Origin: Callorhinchus milii
Lineage: Eukaryota
NCBI RefSeq assembly: GCF_018977255.1
Contig: NW_024704742.1
Span: 75,890,001-75,954,000, forward strand
Reading direction: 5' to 3'
Length of the DNA stretch: 64,000 nt
Below, piece by piece: positions 1 to 14,074 of the stretch. The notes under the pieces were generated by a model. That model ran no database searches. It was not told the DNA's origin and saw nothing but the letters and a program-made list of their open reading frames with translations. Positions within the stretch are counted from its first letter, which is position 1, and every line of letters begins with the position of its first letter. The position numbers were made by a program, and so were the translations under genes.

Positions 1-1194
1 GTGAGGCAGAGGGATTGTGGAATAGAGTTCCAGAGTGTGGGGGCAGAGATGCTGAATGCCTGACCACCAATGGTTGGTGTACTCAGACCAATTGTTAGCT
101 TGTTCTGTTGATTTTTAAAATAATTTTATTGCTTTGCACAGACAAGCTGAAAATTTAAGGATTACTTTAAGTCTAAAAATGTTCTGAGGACATCAGATAT
201 CAGTAACCTTGAGCCATGCTCACTTCTTGATCTCTTTCCTATTTGGCAACAGTTTTTAGAGGTGCATTTTATCTAGTTTTTAGCATTAACTAACCAGGAG
301 GTGGTCACTGCTCTGTCAAGGCAGATATGGACCCAATGAAGACATAAGCACAGTACATAGATTGAAGACTTATTAGTGAAGGAACTGCCCAATGTGGGAT
401 TGAGCACTAGCCCAGGAAGGTCACAAATTCTATTGTGGGTCTGCAGTAAGTTAGCTGAGCTCAACTGAGGTGGCAGTTGGGTTGCCACAAATGGGAATAA
501 CAGCTCAGAATTAAGGAAAAGAGAAATGGGCCAGGTTTCCATCTCTGGATTGCTATCTAGTAATCCCTGCTAGAGAGTTCACAAGTGTGGGTATAATAAT
601 AATCCTTGCATTTGATATAGCGCCTTATCCCATTGTTGAGACATCTTAAAGTGCTTCACAAAATCTTTTGTAAAGTGAATTTTGTGGGCAAAACGCGGCA
701 GCCAATCGAACACAGAGGTGTCCCACAAACAGTTGTGGATTGAGTGACCAAATGTTTTTTTTAAGGGATTATTACCCCAGGCTAAGCGAACCGCCAGTCA
801 ACCAGGTTCCTACTTACTGCTAGGCAAACAGAGGTAGGGAGTAAGGAAACTTGCCTTATATTTCTCCCCGCCCAGGAATCAAACCCGGGCCCTTTTGTTT
901 GTGAGTGCTCTAACCACTAAGCTTTGGGACATCCTCCCGACGTAAAAGGCATTATACAAATGTAATTTTGTTGTTTATTTATTTGTTTATTTGTTTGTAC
1001 AGGACTCCACAATGGACAGGAGGCTGTGGTACACCCCACAGACGAGTGACTTACTGATTCCAAGGCTCACACATGAAGATTTATTGTTCAGGTAAGATAT
1101 TGGAAGGCAGTCAGTCAATGCCAATGGAAATGTACCACAACACACGTCGCTCAGGAAAGCAGAAGAGAGGAATTTCCCTAAATAAATTAATTAA

Positions 1195-1860
1195 TACTTT
1201 TTTGCCCAACACACAATTGGTGTCATCAGGAAGGAGCAGATTGGCTTCCGTTCTCATAACTAATGTATGGGACAGGTTGTAGCTTTATATGAGATTGCAG
1301 AAAGTCACTAAGGCTATGGGGAAACCCACCTATGTTTTGTTCATTGATTTTCATAGGGTGTTCGACAGAGTGCCTCATGAAGTCCTCATGATAAAACAGA
1401 AAGGCATAGGAATACATAGCCAAATCTTGGATTTTATCCGGAATGTGTATTCCAGTTATAAAATCCATGTAAGGGTCGACAGTGGATTTACTGAGACTAT
1501 CCCTCCTGAAAGTGGGGTAAGGCAAGGCTGCCCATTGTCACCCACCCACCTTGATGTTTTCGTCAATGACATGTTGGGTGGCATTGAGGGGGTCGGAATT
1601 GTTGCATCTGAACCAAGCATTTCTGACAGGATTGCGGTGCTTCAGTTTGCAGATGATATTGTGCTGCTGGCAGACTCACCTGGGGATCTTATGCACTGCA
1701 CCTGTCATCTTGAACACTGGGGCAACCATTGGGGCATGATGGTGAGGGCCCCCAAGTGCGGAATCATGGTTCTGCAAGGCTTAAGAGAAGACATCGGGGG
1801 AATTCCTTGGCATCTGTCCCAATTGTTGATTCTTGGCAGGATCTCAGGGTAATGGTGGGT
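1195..1860 (+). mobile_element. Degraded non-LTR retrotransposon RT fragment, not L2/CR1-like
   Basis: IRKEQIGFR..CMGQVVALYEI, frameshift, then VLFIDFHRVFDRVPH...GVRQGCPLSP...LQFADDIVLL...KCGIMV (ORF 1289-1852). Confidence 0.85.
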
Positions 1861-3102
1861 ACCTACACTTGCCTGGATACTGTCCATGACAGTCAATCTG
1901 CACACAGCAATGTCCCACAAACAGCCATGAAATAAATGGCTAATATATCTGGGGAATCATTGGAAAGAACTCTGGCTAAACTTGATTCTTGTTTTGAATA
2001 GTGCCCTGGGATCTTTAAATACCACATGAACAGCAGCACAGGACCTCAATTTTAATGTTTCATCTGAAGGATGGCACCTCTGTTCAGTGCTTTAGGACGT
2101 CCTCCCGACGTGAAAGCCACTCTATAAATGTAATTTTGTTGTTGTTGCTTGTTCAGTTAGGATCTCCCTACCCGTTAGGACTTTGGTTTGTAGGGCTAAA
2201 GTACCTGTCTCTGAGCTTTGAGTGAGGCTAGGATTGGGAATAACTGTGATGGCTGAATTCCCTGCAGACACTATTGCCTTGGCTCAATCAAGGAGAATGG
2301 CAATTCTAATGTTGAACTGTACCCCAGTAAAAGTCTGTATCTGTGGAACCATTCTCCAGTAAAAGTCTGGTGTCTGTGGAATTGTACCTTATTAAAAGTC
2401 ACTGTCTTCAGGAAAGGAGGAGTAATGAAAAAATTGGAGCAGGAAACAAATATAAAATTGAAAAATCATTTAAAAGTCCAACTTATGGACTTTATGTTAA
2501 CTAAGAGTACCAGGTAAATGTTTCTTTGTTTACACTCACAACGACATCAAGTTCCTGTTACGGGAGAACATAGATAACAATGATATTTATGTCCTTGTGC
2601 TGGGCTTGCAATGGTAGAAATGGTCGGACAAGTACTCTTTCTTGGAGTTGATGATCCTTTAAAATATAGAAAAGAATCCCTTCCATCAGTGAAGTAATAC
2701 ACCAGGTTTATGAACTCCATTTTTTTGGATTGACTCCAAATCCTATTGCCACTATATTTACATAGCAATATAGGAAAAGCTTCGGATGTTTGCTGTGTGA
2801 GGTGAAGGGTTCAAAAGTCATTACATTCAGAACTGTTTCAAAGTGGATGAATCTCATTCAGAACATATTCTCTGATGATCTGGCAATCCCTGGCGCCCAT
2901 TGCTTATTTACACCGCAGGAACGAGATAGTCTCCAGAGACAAAGCTTGTTTCTTGAACCTTTTAGGACTGTGAAATCGATGAGGTGTTTGTCATCTCTGG
3001 ATCATACAAGATGTGACCCGAATCAGCTCCCCTATTGCATCCAGGTGCAGGATTCTGACTTGAAAAGCACTAAAGCCAGTGAGCCTGGCAATACCAACCT
3101 GG

Positions 3103-3512
3103 GTGTGTCAGCCTGGCTCAGTGGTAGCACTCTGGCCTCTGAGTCAGAAGTCACATTGGGACTCGGAATCACATAGTCTGAGCTGATACTCCAATGCAGT
3201 GCTAGGGGTGTGTTGCATTATCCCAGGTACTGTCCTTCACATGAGACGTTAAACTGAGGTCCTGTCTGCCTGGTCAGGTGGGTGTTAAAGATCCCATGGC
3301 ACTATTCAAAAAGAAAAGAACGTTTCTCCTGGCCAACAAATTCCCCAAATCAAATTGGTCATTCACTCCATGGCTGTTTGTGGAATTTTGCATTTCACCC
3401 ACACAAAATAAATACACAATCAATCCATTTTACAGTATAACATGTGAAGCATATTGAGACATCTTGATGACGTGATAAAGTGCTATACCAAATGCAAGGA
3501 TTATTATTATTA
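3103..3512 (+). mobile_element. Older Deu-domain (DeuSINE/SacSINE1-like) SINE
   Basis: tRNA-like head gtgtcagcctggctcagtggtagcactct, then core gatgagacgttaaactgaggtcctgtctgcctg..caggtgg..gttaaagatcccatggcactatt. Other copies at about 14703-15100, 48958-49355, 42185-42375, 21530-21865, 25520-25815, 24230-24540(-), 26345-26710(-) and 59870-60125(-). Confidence 0.75.
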
Positions 3513-3645
3513 TTCTGCACCAGCAAGGGCATCTTGAGATGATTGCTTGCGTATCCAACTGACATGAAGATACCTTGGTGCATATGTGAAAAAACAGCTT
3601 TGGAAACAATTCTGTGATCTATGGCAGCCAAGCACCAGTTGCAAA

Positions 3646-3972
3646 ATAATAATAATAATAATAATCCTTGCATTTGATATAGCGCTTTTCACGTCGGGAG
3701 GACGTCCCAAAGCGCTTCACAGAACACACTGTAAAGTGAATTGACTGTATATTTGTGGGCGAACGCGGCAGCCAATTGCGCACAGCAATGTCCCACAAAC
3801 AGTCGTAGATTGAAAATGACCAATTTATTATTGTTTTTGGTTTTGGAGGGATTATTATTAGGCGTGTGGAGTAAGGAAACTTGCCCAAGGTTTCGCCCTG
3901 ACCTGCCTGGAATTGAACTCAGGTCTCTCGCTTGCAAAGCGAGTGCTCTAACCACTGAGCTACAGGACTCCA
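3646..3972 (-). mobile_element. Full-length young tRNA-derived SINE with L2-type 3' tail
   Basis: Minus strand begins gtggagtcctgtagctcagtggttagagcactcg (A box) ... gagttcaattcc (B box) and ends in (att)n. CpGs retained; nearly identical to 35811-36137. Confidence 0.92.
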
Positions 3973-4026
3973 CAAAATCACAAAAAAAGGAGCAAAGGAC
4001 CTGATTTTCAAGAACACCTTCATTAT

Positions 4027-5235
4027 TGTTGGGAAATTCAAATCTCAGGGTTCAGAATAAGGATTCGACAAAAAACAAATATGGCGTGGTAAAGTTCTTT
4101 GCTTTTAATTCACAATGATTAAATGATAAAGATATATAAATGATACTTTATAGGTAAGAGTACAACAGGTAATTGATAAGTAGATTATAGAATGTCGACG
4201 ATTGCCTTAAGCAAGATTATTGTAGTTAAGTAAAATACATGTTCAGATGCTTGCTATTAAATATATATGCAGGCATGCAACAGTTAAATTATCATAAATA
4301 ACAAACAAACTTATACTACCAGTTTAGCTTTGTTTCAGTAGCAGGATGTCTCTCGCTCTCTCTCTCTCTCTCTCTGTCTTGGTCTCTGTCTGGTCCTTCT
4401 GAATCTTGAGCAGCCTGAAGAAAACTCACGATTTAATCTTTCTTGTGACATCGAGCTGGTCTTCGATCCTCTACTACTATTCTCTCTTTCTCATACATCT
4501 TTATAGGGTATCTGGGGTGGTTTTTCCCAAATTCTGCACATCTCTGCTGATTACCACCCTGACCTTTGGGCTGAGCGGACAAGATAACTGACGTTTTTCT
4601 AAAACATGTCCTTCTTTCAGTTACCTCCTTAAGTCCTGTTTGTGCAGGAGGCCCATAAGGTCAGCTTCAACCTTGATACATCAAGGATACATCTGTCTCC
4701 TAACCTTACTCTTCCAGCTTGTTTCTTTCTTTCTTATTCATTAACTCATACTAATTGGTCTAGTTATGATGAACTATATGACTATGACATGCATACTGGA
4801 CCAAAGTTGCCTCATTTTCTTCCGTTTTCCCTCCTTTTGCCAACGTATATACGTTTTGAGCACACATCTGTCTGTTACCCCAGCTAGTGGTTCTCTATTT
4901 CTTCTACTTGCTTCTCTTGAGATTCTGTCTGAATCATTTTACAGCATATTCTGTAAAATACTTTACAGTCTATTCTGTGAAGCGCTTTGTGACGTCTAGA
5001 AGACGTGAAAAGCGCTATATCAAATGCAGGGATTATTATTTCTGACAACTTCCAACATGCACCATCTGAGAGTACTATATTGGTACTTCCTTCAACATCC
5101 TACTGATTCTCCACAATCAACAATTAAACATATGGATTAACATAGAAGAGAACAATCTGTTTTATCAAAATCCTAACTTACATTTTTATTGATACCATTT
5201 TCATACATTTTATATGGATACCGTCTTCTACCACA
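4027..5235 (-). mobile_element. Probable solo LTR related to 40456-41262, interrupted by a SINE tail (about 4930-5040)
   Basis: Starts tgttgggaaattcaaatctcagggttcagaataagg, similar to tgttgggatttctaatcccatggttcgaaatatgg. Ends ...ttctaccaca; TSD unclear. Confidence 0.5.
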
Positions 5236-6039
5236 CTATCGTTATTTGCTTAGTGGAGATTCCCCCTCGAACACTCCAACGAGGGTTATTACAGGCATGA
5301 AATCTTGAAGCCATCACGATTCATATGTCCACACACACACATGCAGAGTGTGGTTGCCACAGGTGCCCCTGCAGCGGAGGTCATGTGGAAACATCAGCTC
5401 CTCTTTTCATGTTGCATTTCACGATTCCATAACTGCCCAGAACCAAGAGGTTAAAATTGGTTTCAGTCTTAGAGAATAGGCCGGCATATATTGGTGTTCC
5501 AATGTACAGTGCCATGAGTCAGTACAATGTGGGCTTTTGTCTACTGAGATTCCCTGTATGCTGGCTTCTTGTTCTCGGTTATATCATTGGGTGTATCAGG
5601 ACTAGGTAGCTTCATATATGGAGATGGAAACAACAGTCCTTGAACCAACTGGGAACAGTCCAGGTGTCACCCACAGGGAATGTGGCACTCACACAAACCT
5701 GGAAGCAACTCAACAACAATTGACGACTCCTTTGTCCAGGAAATAATATAAATAAATAATAATAAATAATTCTTATGACACCTTTCACATTGGTAGGAGA
5801 TTTCAAAGCACTTCACAGGATTTATTGTAAAGTGTGGTGACTGTATTTTGTAGGCAAACCCGGCAAACAATTTGCGCGCAGCAATATTGGCCAAAGCAGT
5901 GGGTGAAACTCCCCTCTCTTTTCCAATAGTGCCATAATATCTTTAACGACCATCTGAAAAGGCAGATGACCACTGTCTGATGTTGCATCCAAGGATGGTA
6001 CCCAGATAATGTAGTGCACCCCAGCAATGTATTGAAACA

Positions 6040-6440
6040 TCAACAACAACAAAAACAACAACTTGGATTTATATGGCGCCCTCCACGCCGGACGGTGTCT
6101 CAGAGAGCTTCACAGTAACGGATCCCGGGGCCGAGCCAGGGGGAGGGGGAGGAAGGTGACCAAAGGCGCAATTGAAAAGAAAAGTCTTCAGCCGAGACCT
6201 GAAAGTGGGAAGAGAGGAAGTGAAGCAAAGAGAGTGAGGAAGGGAGTTCCAGAGTCTTGGGGCATAGTGGCTGAAGCACGATGGTGGAGCAGAGGATTCG
6301 GTGGACAAGGAGGAGGCCAGAACCGGTGGAGCAGAGGCAGCGGGCACTGTTGTGAGGAGAGTGAAGGTCAGAGAGGTAGGGGGGTGCAGAGGAGTGGAGG
6401 GATTTGAAGACAAGAGTGAGAATCTTGAAGTCGATTACAC
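6040..6440 (-). mobile_element. L2 3' fragment (subfamily with ctctgagac...gtggagggcg tail)
   Basis: FSHYAPRLWNSLPHSL...FRSRLKTFLF and (ttg)n tail; homologous to 18027-18497. Confidence 0.9.
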
Positions 6441-7609
6441 AGGTTGTGGGTTGTCCCCATGTCAGGACGTCAAGATCATAGTCAGGGTTGACAAATCAAT
6501 GCAGTGAGGAAACAGTGCTGTATTGTCAGAGGTGCTGTCTGGATGTGATGTTAAGCCAAGGTCCAATCTGCCTGTGAAGTTGAAGGTCCCATTGGACTAT
6601 TCGAAAAGAGAAGAGAGTTTCTTCCAGTGTTGTGGGCTTCAATCTCTCAGGTTCAAAATTGGTCATTCACTTCATGTTTGTGAGCTTTCAGCCTCTCTGC
6701 CCCCACACTCTGGAACTCCATCCCACAGTCCCTTCACCTTGCCTCCTCCCTTGCCTTCTTCAAGGCCGGTCTCAAGACCCTCCTCTTCGATTGTGCCTTC
6801 GGTTTCCCTCCCACCTCTCTGCCTTCCCTCACCCCACCCCATCCTTCCACCATGCTCGGGTCCTGACCCCTGACTGTCCAGCATCTTGGGATGTCCTCCC
6901 AATGTGAAAAGCGCTCTATAAATGTAATTTTTTGTTGTTGTTGTTCTTAGACACTGCTATGTGCAAATTGGCTGCTGTGTTTACTTACAAAATACACAGT
7001 CATTACACTTTAAAGAAAAATCCAGTAAAGTGCTTTGAGACTTTTCAACATGATAATAAATAATACTGCAGTAATAAACCTTGCATTTGATATAGCGTCT
7101 TATCATATCATTGGTACTTCTCAACGCACTTCACAAAATATACTGTAAAGTGAATTGACTGTATTTTGTGGGCAAAACGTTGCAGCAAATTGCGCACCGC
7201 CGTGTCCCACAAACAGTCATTGATTGAGTGACCAAATTATTTTTATTTATTTATTTTGGAAGGGATTATTAACCCCAGAAAACAATCTGCCAATTGACTA
7301 ACAACTGGTTTCCTACTTACTGCTAGGTAAACAGAAGTGTGTGGAGTAAGGAAACTTGCCTAAGAATCCCGGGAATTGAAGCTGGGTCCTCTCGCTTGCG
7401 ATGCCAGTGCTCTATCCAATATGTTACGGAACTCTATAACATGTGAAAAGGCACTATGTCACATGCAAGGAACATTACTGTTATACTGTTTTGCTTCAAG
7501 TGCTTATCCAATTCTATTTTAAACATGCTATGCTCTCAGCGCCAATGGCCACTTGTCACAAAGCATTCTATATTCCAATAACACTTAACTCCTTAACACT
7601 TCCTGTGAC

Positions 7610-8040
7610 AATGCAACAACTAAAAAAATACATTTGTAAAACGCCTTTCATATTGGGAAGATGTCCCAAGGGGCTGGACGATCAGTATTTTGGACCCGAG
7701 CCGGGTGTTGGGACCGGGGGAACGTGGAGGGCAGGGGGGAAAGGAGGGTGATCAAACGCATGGTCGAAGATAAGGGTCTTGAAACGGGTCTTGAACGAGG
7801 CAAGGGAGGGATGAGATGGAGGGACTGTGGAATGGAATTTCAGAGGGTGGGGGCAGAGTGGTTGAAGGCCCGCCCGGCAATGTTGGGGTGGGCGAGGCAG
7901 GGGACGTGAAGCAGGCCGGAGCCCGCTGAGTGGAGGGAGTGGGAAGGTTGGTAGGGGGTTACGAGATCGCAGAGGTAGGGGGCAACAAGGCCATGGAGGG
8001 CTTTGAAGGTGAGGACCAGGATCTTGAACCGTATTCGCTG
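7610..8040 (-). mobile_element. L2 3' fragment
   Basis: Reverse complement of the L2 3' end. Similar copies at about 6680-6945(+), 12500-12875(-), 13250-13480(-), 19840-20190(-), 29740-30095(-), 37540-37895(+), 38340-38965(-), 47920-48240(+) and 60925-61280(-). Confidence 0.88.
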
Positions 8041-11000
8041 TCAATACTGAGTTTATGAGTTAAATAAAGAGTTCTAAAGTAAATTCAAACTCAAAATAAA
8101 CAGGATACATTCTGACAAGTTCATTTGAGTCCCATACTGAAATGTAAATTCCTGTCGTCAGGGTAGAAACAGTGACTGGAATGACTGTGTAATGATATCC
8201 CTCATCATAGGTTAGTGTGTCAAAACTAGTTTAGTTAAATTGAAAACCAGTTTTAACACACATGACATGGCAATATCAGAATGTGTCCCCTGGGTACGAT
8301 TGAGAGATAAGGAGAAACAATAGTGTATCAATGCGAGTTAATTATAGTGATTTTTCTTACTATTGTTTACATAAAGAATAGGTGGAGCATCTGATAAAGC
8401 ATAATATAAGCTTTGTGTCTGCATTGCTAAATAGTAGTAACTTCCTGATGGCTTTTAGCAAGTTAATCCAGTGAGCAGATGAGCAATACTGACCCCGTGA
8501 GTTGATCCATTCAGTAGCTGAGCCATACTTACTAACTTTATAGAAATTAAACTGAAGTCCCGTCTGCCTATTCAGGTGGATATTTAAGATACCATGACAC
8601 TATTCGAAAAGAGAAGGGAGTTTCTCCTGCTGTCCTGCTCCACAATCCCCCAAATAAAATTGATTATTCACATCACGGCTGTTTGGGGTACATTGCTGTG
8701 TGTAAATTGTCTTCTGAGTTTGCCTACAAAATGCACAGTCACTACACTTCACAGTAAATCCTGTGAAACACTTTAAGATGTCTTCCTGAAGTGAAAGGCA
8801 TATATCAAATACAGGGAATATTATTGTATTATTGTTGTTTTAATCTCTAGCATGGTATGATTCATGGTTTACCGTGCAATTCAAGGTCGTCCCGACACCT
8901 AGTACTTGCACCAATTTCTGACGCAATCTCGCATATGGAAAAGAATGATTGCATTACTTACAAGGGTGAATTCCACTCAGCTTAGTCTAATTACACCCTA
9001 CAAACAAAGGATTACTTATCTTTTGCATGTGAACAGGAACAACAGGAAAAAAATTATTTCCTTATTGACTATAACAAGGAATCTGAAAAGACAATAATGA
9101 TAAGCTTCACATAGCGCCTTTAATGTCTCAAAGCACTTCATTGAGTGTTTATGAAGTACTGTATTATGACTGGACTTTTATGGGTGAACACAACAGCCAT
9201 TTCACTTACAGCAATGTCCAAGCAATCAGCCGTAAAGTGGATGTCCAATCTGGGAGATTTATCTGGAAGATAGTTGGGCAGGATTTGGGGAGAAATTCCC
9301 TTTTCTTTTTGAATTGTATCTAGCTTTAGTGTCCACTTGAACAGACGGATGGGAACATCTCATCCAAAGGAAAGCATCTCCAACAAAGAGGCTCATTCTC
9401 CTAAGCGTAAGATAATACATTCAGGCCACTGTTACAGTGAGGTTATACACCAGTGTAAGTCCCTGAAAATCATCTTAAGTCAACCATCTTCCCATATATA
9501 ATAATAATAGTAATAATAATATAATCCTTGGATTTGGTATAGTGCCTTTCATATCAGGAGGACATCTCAAAACCCTTCACAGGATTTATTGTAAAGTGCA
9601 GTGACTGTGTATTTGTGGGCGAACATGGCATCCAATTTTGAGCAGAAAAATGTCCCACAAACAGCCATGAAACAAATGACCAATTCTATTTGGGAAATTG
9701 TTGGCCAGGACACAGGATTTTAATCCAGGAGCTAAATCCCTATAAGATTTGTGCCCCTGGGTTTTAGTTTGTTTAGCAGTCAATGGTGGCCAACCTGTAG
9801 CCTGCAGGACCATCAAGAAGCCCTACCTCAAACATTCGCACAAGTCTAGGTAAGCCTGTGTTTGATCCGTAGTGTGTTTTCCATTTTATTCTGGATTGAA
9901 TATTTCTTGATTGATGATATTAACATTCAATCAAGAACATTTATTTTGTTGGCAAAACATTGGCCACATCTGGTTTAGCTTAATCTAATGAGATCTTTGG
10001 CACTCGCAATTTACCCTTGAATCACATTGATAACTTTTATTAAGTCTCATAGTTCCACACCTGACTGCAGCAATGTTCTATATTGGTTACTTAGTGCCCT
10101 CATTTCCAAAATAATTTCTCAGTACCTGGATCTCTCCTCAGGCTGAGCTCAAAGCAGTGGAATAATAATAAATCCAACAGAAAAAGAGAATTTGCATTTT
10201 ATAGGAAATTCCCACGTTAAATTGTATAGGTTTTTCTTTACTCAGAGGGTAATTAATGACTGGAACAGATTGAAATGGTGAGCCAATGATGGGCCAAACG
10301 ACCAATTCATTGGTGAAATTACGTGGATCATGATCAACAAGCTGATGTTTGAATATTCAAAAACTGAGTTTAAGCTTGCTGCATATTAGAAACGTTGCTG
10401 ATGTTAACTCTTGTTGAAAGGCATTTGCAATGTTTAATGTTAAATACTGAATGGCCAAAGGTGTCAGGCCCCTCCCCCCACCTTGAGATTGGTCTCTCTT
10501 GACTGCTGTTCTCACAGATCCACTAGCTGCTGTTGTGAATTATGCCAAGCCATTTTTAATTGCAATTTGGAGACTTTGGGCATTTTCAAACTACTTTTTA
10601 AAAAATATTTGTTTAGCAGGCGTGAACGGAGGGAAGCAGTCGGGAGAAATAACACTCCGAGAGGGGTGCTGCTCCCTTGTGGCTAGATTTTTTTAATACT
10701 AATTATGGCACATTACATTTCATTACTATTGCCAGTGTGAAATATCTCAACCTTTACCTCAATATTCAGGACCCAGCAAAGCCTCTGGATTAGCACCTGT
10801 GTTTATCTTGCCCCTTACAACAACTTTCATTTATACAGCGCCCTTCATTCCCTTAAATTATTATCCATAGCTTAGCTTATTATCAGTCCTACCACTCGAT
10901 GTCTCTCTTGCACTTTCTAAAGCATTTACAGAACACTCCAGTTAAACTGATGACAGGAAGTGTGTGTGCAGTAGTTAAAGCATGTTTTTATAGATGCTGC

Positions 11001-12139
11001 ATTCAATGAAATGGTCAAAATTGCTATCATTTTCATTGTACCTGTAACACTTACAATTGACATTAGCAAACAGAAGGCTGATTGTGGGGATTGCATATAA
11101 TAGTGCTATTAAACTGTTGGTTTATACACAACATAAAAACAGAAGAAAATGTGGAGCGAGAGAATATTTAGCTTATCAGGCTTGTAATTTCCATAGGCAC
11201 ACCAAATGTACCTTCACATTTGCCCCACTCACACTCTGTCTCCTGGGAGAAATATTAGACAGAAACTCTCTGATCCCCAGAAGTGTTAGAATATTGATCC
11301 ATACCCATAAACTCTATGGCCTCTCTCCTCCAAACAATACTATTCCCAGGTCACACATCAAAGAAATCACTGTGCACTGTGTAGTATTCCCACAGCCTGG
11401 CTCCTGTTGTAGAACTCTCTCTTCCGAGTCCGAAGATTGTGGATTGAAGTACCACGTAAGAACTTTGAGCTCACATTGCACAACTTGAGAAGAGAGTTTC
11501 TCTTTCGGTATCCGAGCCAACAAATCGACAGTTAAATTGGTCACTCACTTCATGGCTGTTTGTGGGACATTGCTATGTACAAAAAGTTTTTTTTTAAATG
11601 GCTACAATACATTTGTGAGACATCCTTACATCATTATAAGGTAGCTTTTTTTAAAAAAAAACCACCAAAAAGTACATTGTAATGCATTTTTTAAAAATAT
11701 GCTTTTTTCCCCTAAATTCCTTCTTAGGTCTAAACTCGGAAGTGATGTCATTACAGTGACTGGTCATGAGATCACAAGATTTGGGCCTTTGGTCCATCTG
11801 ATCATATACTTGTGGAATACCCACCCTACCATTGCCCCATCACAGCATCAAGCTGTTTGTTTTAAACGAGTCCAGTGTCCTGGCCTCAATTACTTTTGCT
11901 AGCAACCCGTTCCAGTCGTGAATTACAACTCTGAGCAAAAAAAAAAATCCTGGGATCTGTCCTGAAATTGCCTTTTCCAACTCGAAATTTATGTCCTCTT
12001 GTAGTACTGTTTTGTCAAATCTGAAAGTATTATTGCGAGTTTACTTGCTCAATCTGATCTCCGTAAAATCCCCACTGAGACATCTTCTTTCTAATCCTAA
12101 TACTGAAGAACTCTAGCTTATCTTAATTGTTGGTGAAGT

Positions 12140-12435
12140 ATGAAAGCAAGGGAAAGAAAAAAGGAAACAAAGAGAGAGAGGGAGGATATCAGAGTGAAAG
12201 ATAGACAGAGAGCAAAGCAGAGGAAGGGAGAGAGGGAGGGAAATGGAGTGAGAGGAGGAAGGCAGAGGGAGAGTGGGAAAAAGGGAATCAAACAGAGAGA
12301 GAAAGGGAGAAACTTGGAGAGAGTGAGGAGGAAAATAGAGCGAGAGAGATGGGGACTCAGCTAGATAGAGAGAGGGAAGAAGGAAGGAAGGAAGGAGAGA
12401 GGGAAAGAGATAGAGAGAGTTGGAGACAGAGACAA
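12140..12435 (+). repeat. Purine-rich (AG/GGA) low-complexity tract
   Basis: About 300 bp almost free of pyrimidines. Confidence 0.9.
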
Positions 12436-14074
12436 GTGTGACAGAGTATCTCCTTCCTTATCTCTCAGTTTCTTTCCTTTCCTCTCCCTTTTTTAACTGG
12501 ACATTTATAAAGCGCCTTTCACATCGGGAGGATGTCCCAAAGCGCTGAACAGTCAGATGCCGGGGCCCGAGCATGGGGGAGGGGTGGTATAGGGGTGAGG
12601 GAAGGCAGAGAGGGCGACCAAAAGCACGATCGAAGAGAAGGGTCTTGAGACCAGCCTTGCAGGAGGCAAGGGAGGAAGAGAGGCGAAGGGACCGTGGGAT
12701 GGAGTTCCAGAGTGTGGGGGCAGAGAGGCTGAAAGCCTGGCCACCAATGGTAGGTCAGGTCGGGTGGGGGACATGGAGCAGACCGGAGCTTGATGAACGG
12801 AGGAAGCGGGCAGGTTGGTAGGGAATCAGTAGGTTAGGGAGGTAGGAGGGGGCACGGCTATGGATGGCCTTAAAGGTGTTTCTGTTCCCCTCCCTCCCCC
12901 ACTCTCTCTCCCACTCTCTGTCTCCAGGTCTGGGGTACGTCTATTCCAGGTTTCCTTTACATTTTTAGACAAAATGGTTTTGGGGGTTGAGACAAGGTGA
13001 GATGTTAGGCCTCTGTGCTCTCTGCCCATAACCACTAGATGGTGATGTTACACTCAGTTGGAATGAGCATCTTTTGGTGCTCCACAAAGCTGTGCATCAC
13101 GTCCAGCTGACACAGCCGTGTATAAATGCCATGCATTCTGCAAAAGCTCACTCTATCTATATAATCAGTGAAGGGTATTGATAGCTGTGTGAAGTGTTTC
13201 AAGTTATCCTCATGTCGGCAAGGTCAAAGTTCTTCACAATACTGACTGGACACCTGAGTTGGGTGATTGCCGAGGGGGTGGGGAAAGGAAATATGACCAA
13301 AGTGCAGTCATTTTGGGATATGCCTTGAACAAGCTGAAGGAGTGAGTGAGGTGAAGGGACTCCGGGATGAAGTTCCAGAGAGCAGGGACAGAATGGCTGA
13401 AAGCCCTTTCATTGTTGATAGGTCGGGAGACATGAAGCCGGCTGGTACTCACTGAGCGAAGGGAGCAGCTGGGTTGGTGTTAATGCTTTTATGTTGTTTT
13501 ATGTTGTGGTCCCAGAGCCCCGAAGTCTAGAGTGAAAGTTGAACCAGGGGTCCAGGCTTTTGGAAAGTGCACCCCATTCCCTAATTACTGTCTACTAAGT
13601 GGAGTCCTGTAGCTCAGTGGTTAGAGCACTCGCCTCGCAAACAAGAGACCTGGGTTCGATTCCTGGCAGGGTGAAATGTTGGGCAAGTTCCCTTACTCCA
13701 CACTCTTTTGTTTATAAGCATGATTTTTAAAGACATTGATTTTCACTTTAGGGAATGTCTGACAAAGGTCCATAAAGAGCAATTCGCATGCCTTTCCTCA
13801 TGGCAATGAGATAAGGAGTTCAGGGCTGGCCTTTGGCTCACCTTGGACAAAAGTCTCACTGAAATTACTTTCTGGAACTTGGCAACTCTTCCGAAAGGAT
13901 TTGTGATTAACTGCAATAAACTGTGATCAGAGATTCAGGTACAACATGACCACATGGATAACTTCCAGATTTCTGGGACTTTCAACCACGGCCAAAAATA
14001 ATGGCAAACCTTAAAAGAACACCAGCGTCATAATCGAGTGAAGAAAAAAAAATCTGCTTTGCTCTACTCTACTT

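Noticed and set aside
12140..12364. Arg/Glu/Lys-rich ORF
   Set aside because: Translation of a purine-rich low-complexity tract.
13599..13675. tRNA gene-like sequence
   Set aside because: It is the SINE head, continuing into SINE body sequence with no proper acceptor stem.
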